Part shown: positions 48,585 through 58,810 of the stretch, piece after piece
Numbering within the stretch: the first letter of the stretch is position 1
Layout: each line of letters opens with the position of its first letter
Origin: Neodothiora populina
Lineage: Eukaryota
Direction: 5' to 3'
NCBI RefSeq assembly: GCF_041146345.1
Contig: NW_027191405.1
Coordinates: forward strand, 1,736,001-1,800,000
Length of the DNA: 64,000 nucleotides
The notes under the pieces: model-generated
The model's database searches: none
What the model saw: only the letters and a program-made list of their open reading frames with translations
What the model was told of the DNA's origin: nothing
Translations under genes and position numbers: made by a program

Positions 48585-50805
48585 TCACCGCTCTCCAGCC
48601 AACTGACAAACCCTATTCGCAGCCTCCTCAAACCCATCAAACGCCTCAAGCGCCAACCCACTCTGCGCAATCTTCTCCTGCCCGACCCTCTCATTCGTGC
48701 CTCGAAGCCTAACAACAACCGGCACGCCCCGCATATCGACCTCCTTGAACGCTAACATGACGCCGTCGGCGATCATGCCGCAATCCGTCAGTCCGCCGAA
48801 GATGTTGACGAATATGACTTTCACGCGCTCGTCGCGCAGGATCAGCTCGAAGGAGGTCTTGACTGTCTGCGAGGTCGCTTTGCCGCCTGTGTCGAGGAAG
48901 TTTGCGCAGAGGCCGTTGTGCGGCGGCAGGGAGAGGCTGTCGACTGTGTTCATCGCGAGGCCGGCGCCGTTGACTAGCGTGCCGATGGCGGCGGCTGGGT
49001 CGCCTGTGTGCAGTTTTATGAAGACAATGCCTGAGGACTCGGCTTCGGTTTCGACGGCGACTTCGAGGCCGGCGTCGCGGAGGGTGTGGATTAGCTTTTG
49101 GCGGCCGGCCGACTTGTAGGCTGCGGAGTCGAAGTGCACAAGCGGGGAGGAGATGGCTAGGGAGCCGGTCGGGGAGATGGAGAGGGTCACGGTCAGGGAT
49201 ATGGCTTCTTTGGAGGTGTGCAGCTTCGCTAGCGAGTCGATCAGTTTCGCTGTTTGCGCGTGGGCGAGTGGCGGCGCGGCGTCGAGTTGGAGGTGGCGGA
49301 TGGCTTGTTCGATGACGGTTTGGTCGGGTCCTTGGAAGTAGTTGTATGGTAGCTTTTTGATGCGGCGCGAGAGGGATGCTGGGGAAGTGCTCGGTGAGAC
49401 GACGATGCAGGGGCTTCGCTCTGTTCGGTCTATACTTATGCCCAGGTAGTGCGTGTCTACTCCTTCGGGTGCCTCTGCTGTGATGGCCATGTCCTTGATG
49501 AATTCGGAAAGCAAGTCTACTGCTTGTTGTCCTGCAACGTGCAAGGTACGACGCTGTCGGCTGACGGGTACAGTGACAGGGCTTCTGTTTCTCAAAAGCT
49601 GTGGTCTGCTCATGTAATGCATTCCTCGTCGTTGATTGGCCGTGGCGGATTGCCGCTGCAAAGTGTGAGTTTAGAATAACGATATATATATGTCTTGATG
49701 CTCACGATCTTGCCCACGTCCTCTCCTGCCTTGCTGAGCAGCCCCTTCATGACATTGCCGAACTTTTCGGGGTGAGAGACCATGGTCACACCGGCGTCTT
49801 GCAGAGCCTTGTACTTCTGATCCGCGGTGGCTTCACCAGGAGCTGCCCATGCACCCGCGTGGCCCATGACCTGTCCCGCAGGTGCCCGTCTGCCACCAAC
49901 AAGTGCTGCAATGGGTCTTTTCACATCCTCAGTGTTAGCAGACGTGACTTGTACCCAAAAAACTCTCAAGAAAGCGATACTGACTTTGGATTCGTGGTTC
50001 TACGGTGATAGTCTCTGATCCACTCCGCCGCGTCTTCCTCGGCGCGGCCCCCGACTTCTCCCACAAGCACGATTCCTTCAGTCTCCGGATCAGACTCGAA
50101 CACGCGCAGAGCGTCGATGAAGTTGGTGCCCGCCACGACGTCTCCGCCCATGCCGATGCAGAGGCTCTGGCCCAGCCCGGCGCGCGTGATCGAGGCAACC
50201 GTCTCGTAGCTCAGGGTGCCGGACTTGGCGACGATGCCGATGTGACCTGCGGAAAAGGTTGGGAGAGGTTGGAAGCCGATCCTGCAGTTTCCGATGGGAG
50301 AGATGATGCCGGGGGCATTGGCGCCGACGAGTCGACTTTTGGACTGGGTCTGTAGAACAGACATGATCCGCAGCATGTCGTGGAGGGGAATGTGCTCTGC
50401 AACAGCAACGATCAGGGGGATCTCCGCTTCAATGGCGTCTTCGATCGCCTTTGCGGCATGTTGAGCAGCGACGAAGATGGCCGTGGCATCTGGTCGCAAT
50501 TGCGTTTTGGCTTGCTCAACGGAGGGCAACACGGGCAGACCTAGATGTTCGCCAGCCCTTCCAGGAGTGACGCCACCAACGATGTTCGTGCCATAAGCCA
50601 AAGATTCTTGAGCATTACTTGTAGCGACTCGTCCGGTGAAGCCTTGGTAAATGACTCGCGTATGCTTTCCGATTTTTAGATTCGTTATGGTATCATCGTA
50701 GGACTTGCTAGCCAGAGGTTTTGTGGTCGCGAACGCCCTGACGGAGTGCTTTCCGGCCGGAAACAGTAAGCGAGGAGTCCTCGCGAGAGCGTTGGATGGG
50801 AACAT
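48585..50805 (-). CDS. Succinyl-CoA synthetase-like alpha-beta fusion protein, about 700 aa (exons 50805-49985, 49916-49706, 49655-48585)
   Basis: Alpha motifs QGFTG, VGGVTPG, SGTLSYE, GEVGG, MGHAGA; beta motifs NGAGLAM, NFLDTGG, NIFGG, PVVVRLRGTN. Both introns (49917-49984 and 49656-49705) keep frame. Arg/Ser-rich N-terminal presequence. Confidence 0.85.
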
Positions 50806-52315
50806 ATCAGGAGGGGTAGATAGAGTGTAGTTGTACAGTGCTCTTCTTACAATCACAAGATACAGTACTTGGACAAATGACCAAGTCTTACCAGACCCTT
50901 GATCCCACTCTCTACTCCGTCCTCGGGATATCCATTTACCTTGATCAGAATGAAAAGGACAAGTAGGGTTATGGCTACCATTCGTGATATCTCTCACTTA
51001 CTTTTGGAGTACAAGTGCTGTACCTTACCTACCCTAGGTACCTAAGGTACTCTGGAGAATGCGGAGGTGAGTCGGAGATGGGGAAGAGCGTCATCACTTC
51101 GAGACTAAGCCGAGGTCGGCTTCTGGTCAGGCCTTCTTGGTCCAGGAGCAGCGACAGGACATCCCAAGTCTCGATGGATGGCTCTGCTTGTGAATGGCTC
51201 GTACAGTACGTCTGAATCGTAGCCATTGACGATGGAGCTAAGGGACCACAATCGATGCATTTTCAGAATAACCCATCGATCCTCGTCGAGGAACCAGCTA
51301 CATGAAGCAGGGCTCGCAGGCGGTCACGAGCGGATGGCGTGCACAAGAAAGGCACATCCACTCATACTTTGTACAGTAATAATAGCACTGTATGGAGACA
51401 CGCAGTGATTTAGCTGTACAGTAGCTGCAGTGGAGTAAACTTGCACCATGAACCCCACATGTGGAAATTGATACTATGGGGGTGTCTGCCTCTTTCCCTG
51501 TCGTTTTCTGCGGCGGTGCTCATCGTATAAGAAATATATTATTGTTATTATTATTGTCGCCAGTTATCCATCGGCGATATTGCCCAGATGGTTAGTGGTT
51601 TCACGAATAAGGCTGGCGTGGGTTCTAATCGTGGAGAGTCATTGCTCGTGAGTATTCGCGTCGGGACACGCATCTCTCTCCATTTCTTGTGGAGCCCCAA
51701 ACAGCCGCAGTTCGTATCCGCTGTCGATGTCATTCTCGTTGTCATGGCGTCCTGATCAGACCGGGGCCCTGTCCTTTCTTTGGCAACCACGAGGTAGATT
51801 TTAGATGCAGAGTAGTAATTCACAGAACGAGGTACAGTAGTAGCTCTTACGCAGTCAACTCAGCCATCTGACGTTCTACGAAAGATCTCGCGTGGCTTGA
51901 GTAAGGAAATTGTGAGATTCATATTTGGTCAGGAAATCGTAAGCTCTTGCTCTTCTTCCCGAGTCTGGACGTATATACCTTACATATACAACAACCAAGG
52001 TATTGTAAGAGGATCATCGTCATCATCTGTGCAGAAACATAAAAGCATCCATCTATACGCAGTCTCTACCTACTCAATCTGCCTCTGAACAAAAGAACAG
52101 AGCTGCTGCTATTCCGGTCAGAGAACATCCTTCCTCAACCTTTGCCCGTCAGACCATCTCGTACTGTAATCCGCGCGCACATCACGCCCAGAGCGAAACT
52201 GCATTTGATTGCCGATCGTCAGAGCTGCATCACGCCGCCAGCAGAGAAATCGCTCTTGCAGTGCCCTACCTTAGCTATCTCGAAATCAACCCCCCCACCT
52301 CTCCTCGGCCCAACC

Positions 52316-52909
52316 ATGTCGCAAACAAGACCGAAAATGGACAAAGCGACCGAGCTCGCAGAGACGATCAAGACCCTGTCCATCAACACAGATCCACCAA
52401 AGGCCGTGTCGGCGTCGGCGAAAAAGGCTCGCGAGGAGGAAGAACGAGCAGGAGCAGAAGTGTCACTGGCGGATTCATGGGAAGAAGAGGCCGGGGCCGA
52501 CGAGGCTGACCTTGTGTCTACTTCTACAGCTAACGGGGGCTCTGCGGCCATAGCCGTCCCCAAAGCCTCAGATGTGCCTTTCGCTCCGCCTCCGACGCCC
52601 TCGTCGCCTACTGTCTACCAAGAGCGCGAGCGCTTCCCTTCTTCTCTTTCAAATGTACCGAATCGACCGAAGAGGAGCGACTCGCCCTCGGATGACTCTG
52701 GCAAGAGACCGGAAAAGTCGACTGCGGTAGCGAACAGACTGATAGCGGGAGCATTGGGTGTCAGAGCCCCGAAGAGAACAGAAGAACAGCGCAAATACGA
52801 TCGTGCCATCAAGGAGCAAGAGATCAGGAGGAAAAACAAGGAAAAGGAGGATCAAAAGCGCAGGGAAGAAGAGGCCGCAAAGGCAAAGGCGGCCATCTGG
52901 GAAGACTGA
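52316..52909 (+). CDS. Small conserved protein with R3HCC1-like C-terminal motif
   Basis: ADSWEEE and RPEKSTAVANRLIAGALGVR, then a charged helix ending AAIWED. ATG at 52316 in good context (CAACCATG). Confidence 0.75.
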   Translation: MSQTRPKMDKATELAETIKTLSINTDPPKAVSASAKKAREEEERAGAEVSLADSWEEEAGADEADLVSTSTANGGSAAIAVPKASDVPFAPPPTPSSPTVYQERERFPSSLSNVPNRPKRSDSPSDDSGKRPEKSTAVANRLIAGALGVRAPKRTEEQRKYDRAIKEQEIRRKNKEKEDQKRREEEAAKAKAAIWED

Positions 52910-53314
52910 TCGTGAGGCAATTCAGTAGGACACTGCGTTTATCAAACACTGAACAGGAGCAGAGGGCGGCATGTGACTGTCATATCAAAACACGTTTCCA
53001 TAAAAAGTAGGCAATTCCGCGCCCTCTACTCGATGGCCACCATCTCTTTCGGACTACACGTCTGGCGCAAGGGTCTTTTCTTTCCACACGCAAGGCGACC
53101 ACAAGAAATGGAAAGCCGAGAAGCCGTTATTCAACGCCCGTGTTTCCCTTCACGCCATCGCAAACTTTCAGGTAGGGAAATATATCGTCAGGGAGAGTGA
53201 TTCACGCTGTTCAGAAGCTGTAAAGCTAGAGAGACAGGTCCATCTCGCCCTGTTGTTCATGAGGGTTCATCTAAGAGTGCTTCTGCTATGCCTTTTGCGC
53301 ACGTGACCGAGCGC

Positions 53315-53684
53315 TCAGCCACCGATCTGTTCCTGATGGACCTCGAGGGTATCGCCGTCTTGCATATCGAGCTGTTTGGGCGCATGTTCGGTCAGCTTTT
53401 GTCCGCCGTGCTGTGCTGTGCCAATGTATCTCGTGACAAATATCGGCTCCACTCACCGAATCGGGGTTGTCGGTCGGGTTCACTCGCTGACCGTCGAACA
53501 AGAATCGCACGCTGGCGGGAGTCTTGCCCTGGCGCTCACAAAAAGCATCCATAAGCTTCTTGAGCTGTGTCGTACGCTTGATCTTGAAGAAGACCTCGTT
53601 GTTGTTGTCCGTCACTTTGATGTTGAGGTGCTCGCTTGGCGCTTGCTCCTCGGGCTTGTTCGAAGGACTACCGCTGTCGGACAT
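53315..53684 (-). CDS. SMT3: SUMO (94 aa; intron 53372-53456)
   Basis: EHLNIKVTDNNNEVFFKIKRTTQLKKLMDAFCERQG..VRFLFDG..|LDMQDGDTLEVHQEQIGG*. Confidence 0.97.
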
Positions 53685-54295
53685 GTTGACTGCTGCTGCC
53701 GAATGAGCTTTGATTGGGGACTGTCGAAGATGTTGTGAGTGCTTTGCGCGGCGAACGATGATCGATGCTCCGAACTACGTACGTCAGGCTATTTGGATGT
53801 AATGTAAGTGAAGATCGGAGCTGACACCGGGGACGTGGGCCAACCTTTTATACGTCAGTTTGTGGTCAGGATGATGGATGAATGGATCTCCGATCACAGG
53901 TGTCGGCGCAAACGCTGGAGCGGACTCACGATTTATGGAGAAAACAACAGCAAGATGAATACAGAGCGCAATCTCTCCCGCTTTTGAGAAAGTAAGTGTT
54001 TTGTAGTGGGGGAAAGGTGTGCAGGAGTGAAGTTGAAGTTGATGTGGTGTTGTGGCGCGGGGTCTGGATGGGAATTGTTTGTCTTCGTCACGAATCGGAT
54101 GTAATCGTTCACACGCTTCCACATAGCCTGCGCCAACTTTGCTGCTATTACTACCTCTGCCACGACCAATTGCATTTCACTATCGTTTCATCATCATCAC
54201 CTCAGAATCAAGCGTGCAAAGTTGCCTTCTCACGCCTTCCCCTGCACTCATTGCGTTCTTGACTTCTTTACTGAATACACGCATCGCAAGCAAAC

Positions 54296-54787
54296 ATGGT
54301 ACAACGTGATGTCATGCCTCATGGCTATCTGCTTTACCACTACAGCATCTTTGGCTAATGTTGCATATCAGGGTAAACTCGAAGACGACGTGAAATGCGA
54401 TCCTCCTTGTCATCCGAGAGCCTGCGCTATTCAAGGTACACATCAAATGTGCTTCACAGCCGCGCGAGCAGGTTTCATGTTCCATGCTGATAGCCATGCA
54501 GATTGCATTCAGAAGAACAACTTCAATGAAGAAAAATGCCAGAAACAGGCAAGTAGAACAACAAACTCACGCTTTTATATTTCACGGTATTGACACAAGA
54601 AAGATCGATGCGTTGTACGAATGCTGCAACGCATTCTACCAGAAAAACGGAGACGATGTGAAGACTGTGAGCTGCCCAAAGGCAGGCCTGCTCAGGTTCG
54701 TCGACCCCCGTGCTATCAATCATCACTCTGAGCCGCTGAACCGTTATATCCAGGCTGAAGATGCGGCAACGCGCTCAAGGCTCTTGA
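54296..54787 (+). CDS. CMC4: Cx9C-motif mitochondrial IMS protein Cmc4 (79 aa; exons 54296-98, 54372-435, 54502-548, 54604-695, 54754-787)
   Basis: Spliced product MGKLEDDVKCDPPCHPRACAIQDCIQKNNFNEEKCQKQIDALYECCNAFYQKNG..SCPK..LRLKM has the twin Cx9C pattern of Cmc4/p8-MTCP1. Confidence 0.9.
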
Positions 54788-55281
54788 AAACCACATTGCC
54801 AGCGATTTGTATATAACTTGTCAAATAAATAGAAGATCTGTTACACCAGCTTTGTTGTCTCGATTCTCATCATCTTCCCGGGGGAAAACTGAACAGAGTA
54901 TATAGAAGGCGTTGTTCGGTATAAGGTCATCGGAGCACGCAAGGAGGCCTCATGGACCTGTGACAAACATTGAAAAGTTGCACCGAGACTCTATTGATGG
55001 CCTATAGACATTGTTGAAGAAGAAAGAAAAATTCCTCCAGGCGGCTGATGTGCGAAGGTTTTGATATCTGAGCCGTGTGACTGTGCGGCGCTAGTTCTGA
55101 CAAACTTGGCCAAAAGTCTTGGTTTATCTATCCACCTATCTAGTGTGGATACTAGTACCTACACGACACATCTCATCCTTGAGTAACCTCACCATATGAA
55201 CACGTTCTCATATTAAACTTGCTACTGTATCGCATCAATACTGATCCCAGTGTGACTTTGGTCTTTCAAATCGCTTGAAGG

Positions 55282-56874
55282 ATGTCTCCAAATCGTAAAA
55301 TCATAATTGATACCGACCCAGTATGCTTGCATTTCTCGTAGTTGTTTGCTCGGATCATACCAACCAACATGTGTCACACAGGGAGTGGATGATGTCCTGG
55401 CCTTGCTCCTTGCATTCTCCGCCTCTCCAGAAGAGTTGGAGGTTTTACTCATATCTCTGACCTTTGGCAACATTGATGTTGAGAACTGTCTGCGCAACAC
55501 TGTGACTCTGCTCTATCATGTGGAAAGGGAGATTGCGTGGCGAAGAGAGCAAGGGAAGGATTCTGGATTCGATGCTTTACTTGCTCATAAACCTATCGTA
55601 GCCGTGGGCGCCCACGAACCACTAGCAGACCAGCGCATGATGGCAGATTACTTCCGTTGGTGATGTGATACTTTTCTGATCAGTTCCCTTGCTGACGTAT
55701 AGATCTAGATGGCATCGATGGACTCGGCGGTATTCACAATACTGTATGTATGACGGCCTATTGCAGATTGTACGGTACTTACGATTGCTAGCATCCACAT
55801 CTCACCCCTGCACAGACGTGGAAAAGCCTGTTCAACATCTCCCAGAACTCTGAGCTGAAGGAACATAGCTTAGAAAACGAGGTTCAGGATCATCCCGGTC
55901 GTCTTTTCCAGCCATCAAATGTGCCTGCTCACGAAGAGATCCTGAGGCTTCTCCGTGAGAATGAGAAGGACACCATCACGATCGTGGCGGTTGGCCCACT
56001 TACAAACATTGCTCTTGCAGCTGCCAAGGATCCCGAAACATTCCTCCGCGTGAAGGAAGTCATTGTAATGGGTAGCACCCTTGGCGAGGTTGGAAATGTA
56101 AGTGCGGCCACATCTATCACCTTGCACTCAGTCCATCTATCTCACGGTGCCTTTGGAATCCGTACGAAGAGCATTCACTAATGGTCGCCACAACACGCAC
56201 AGATCACACCTGTGGCGGAGTTCAATACCTATGCTGATAGTTTCGCCGCCGCGAGAGTCTATGCACTCACTTCGCCGCGGCCCAACTCCACTATACCCCC
56301 ACCGCCTCCTGAACCATCTGGCGGACAGAAATCACTCACACAGCCTTCTTACCTAGCGCCATATCCCGACAAGCTTTCCAGGCAGCTAAACTTGACGATC
56401 TTTCCCTTGGACATCACGCACTTGCATGTTATCAGAAGAGGTCAATTTCAGGCAACCATCGCTCCGCTGCTCGATGCTGGCTCGCCACTTGCGGAGTGGG
56501 CTTCGGCTTTCCTGAGCTCGACTTTTGCGAAAGTAGAATCGTTGCAGGAAGGCGTCTCAGGTGACGCGGTTGGGCTTGAGCTTCATGATCCTCTATGTAT
56601 ATGGTACGCGCTGTCGCAAGGTGGTACGGGGTGGACTGTGTCGAAGGACGAGGATATCAGAATCGAGACGACTGGCCAATGGACAAGAGGCATGTGTGTT
56701 GTTGACAAGCGCAATCGCAGACGTCGTCCCGCGGATGATGTAGAAGGTGAGATACCGAGTGACACAGGCAACTGGCTCAGTGTCAACTCTGGCAATAGGG
56801 TAGGCAGATGCGTGGCTTCTCCAGGCCCGGCGCTCTTTGCGCCTTTTTTGCTCGAAAGAGTGTTCAGGGTGTAG
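55282..56874 (+). CDS. Inosine/uridine-preferring nucleoside hydrolase family (introns 55321-381, 55656-708, 55744-791, 56098-202)
   Basis: IIIDTDP|GVDD Ca-binding motif, TFGN, HGIDGLG, VGPLTNIA, GN|ITPVAEFN, PLDITH, LHDPL, TRGMCVVD. Confidence 0.93.
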
Positions 56875-58136
56875 AGATTGCACCGTCTCATCTTGGCGGT
56901 ATTCAGACATATGGAATACGATATTCATGACGAATTCAGATTTTTGAGGGTCGATCTCACCAGTCTACTCATCTCATTCCACTCACCTCACTGTTTCATT
57001 AGTGTGGTCGCAACCTGATGCTGAGGCGAAAGGTAGATAAGCGGTATTTACTGTCAAACGCTCGTCGCAGCTGTGCCCGGGCAACACGTAGCTTGGCAAC
57101 GACCCGGGGTGCGCAGATGAGAGCACACCAACGTACAGCATATCCATGTAGTCCATATCATTATGAGCAGCTTATAAGGCAGTGAAATTGTGGATATAGG
57201 ACAATCACAAGGCAATGCATACTGTACTTGCAGATCTGCAGACAAACAACAAACAATGCGAGGCCCTCGACCAGTGTTTGATGTTGGTCGGGTAAAGATG
57301 TTGAGGATTCGATGCCGAGCCATAAGTGAAATTGCTATCGCGAGTGCAAAGACGAAAATGTCTGCAACGACACATTGCGGCAGACGTCGATAGCGGCGAA
57401 AAAGATGGGGCAGAAATTTTATCGGTCTCGTAGCTTGTACCTTGGTAGAGCCGCAATGCAATAGGACTGATGTGATAGGCGTGACAGGCAATGGAGGCAT
57501 GCCGGCGGCTAGCCAAACGGATCACAATGCACAAGCTTCATATGCAAGGTGGATCTATCAGAAGAGACACCAGGTCAAGCAGAGCAGGTGGATTGTCCAT
57601 GGAAGAGTAGAAGGGTCTAGCCGAGGACTTAGGGGCGGATAGAAGCGTGAACTAGTCGTTAGTTGTTTGAGGCAGTGCTCTTGGCTCTTTCCACCAGCAA
57701 TCCCCATATCTTGGTCTGGTCGTGGAATCGACATTATTACATTACAGTAACAAATACAACGGGCCTCCGCATTGGCAAGTCTTGTCTGGCAAGTGCTTTG
57801 CTTGTTGCTGTCAAGAGTTTGAGTTTATGCCATCTTGGACTCCGTTGATGTTTTCCGCTTGTTGACTTGGACGTGCGATTATATCAAGCTTGTTCGTTTG
57901 CCTCCTTCGAAAGGAGAGAAGGTTCTCAATCGACCAACCGACCAGGCGCCATACAGCAGGTTTATGCCATTGATTCTGATCAGACCTTTTACTTTTCATG
58001 TCCGGTCACTGTCGTACTTTTGCCTCTATACCTATTGTATACCTATCCGGATTCTCATCAATTCTCAATTTCGTCTCGCCGCCATTTAACTAGTCAGGTG
58101 TCCCCCAAGGACTAAACTAGCTCCGTGAATTTCCAG

Positions 58137-58171
58137 GAGAGAGAGAGAGAGACGACGACGACGACGACGAC
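58137..58171. repeat. Compound microsatellite (GA)8(GAC)7
   Basis: Read directly; lies in the PMC1 upstream region and is immediately followed by a GTAAG donor-like site at 58173. Confidence 0.9.
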
Positions 58172-58810
58172 GGTAAGACCTATTCTTTCCCCCAATACAC
58201 TTGCAATGCGATTCTCCAGTTCCAGACTGTCTCTTGCTCCTCTTTTTGCCTCATCTCTTCCCTTGCTTCTTCCCCGTCGAATCAGGCCTAGGGTATAAGG
58301 TACGGTAGTTTTGCAAACGCCGAATCCATCTGCTGCGCCACCTTCAATTGCCTTGCATACCGTACCGCACGCTTTCTAGACCATCCAAGCGATTGTGTCA
58401 CACTGATGGTGACTTTGGCTGATGCTGCTCTGCCTCCAACCAGATCCATCCGTCCCTCCCCATCTTGTATCATCCTTACTGTCTTGTCGCCTCCTCTTGC
58501 TGAACCCTATCATCAGCTTCCGGGACACTGCGGTTTTGCCTTGAGCACATGATCCCATTGACTCAGCCTCTTCCGACCACCTGAAGTCTTGGTCTACGCC
58601 TCTTGTTGCACCACTTTCAAGCACTGCCCGACATTCGCCAAGAAGCAGTCAGCAGGCTCGCCATTGCCTCCATCTCCGGAGAACGACCAGCATTGCTTTC
58701 TCTTACATCTCTGCTACTTTGCTCCATGGTGATCAGGTCAATCCAGCAATCTTTCCAAATCTATCGCTTCGAAGCAAAGCGCAAGTGCCTGGAGGCCTTC
58801 GCCGCACATC

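Noticed and set aside
55226..55256. ATCAATACTGATCCCAGTGTG resembling a duplicate of the nucleoside hydrolase first exon (INTDP)
   Set aside because: No in-frame ATG, wrong splice phase and a very short match.
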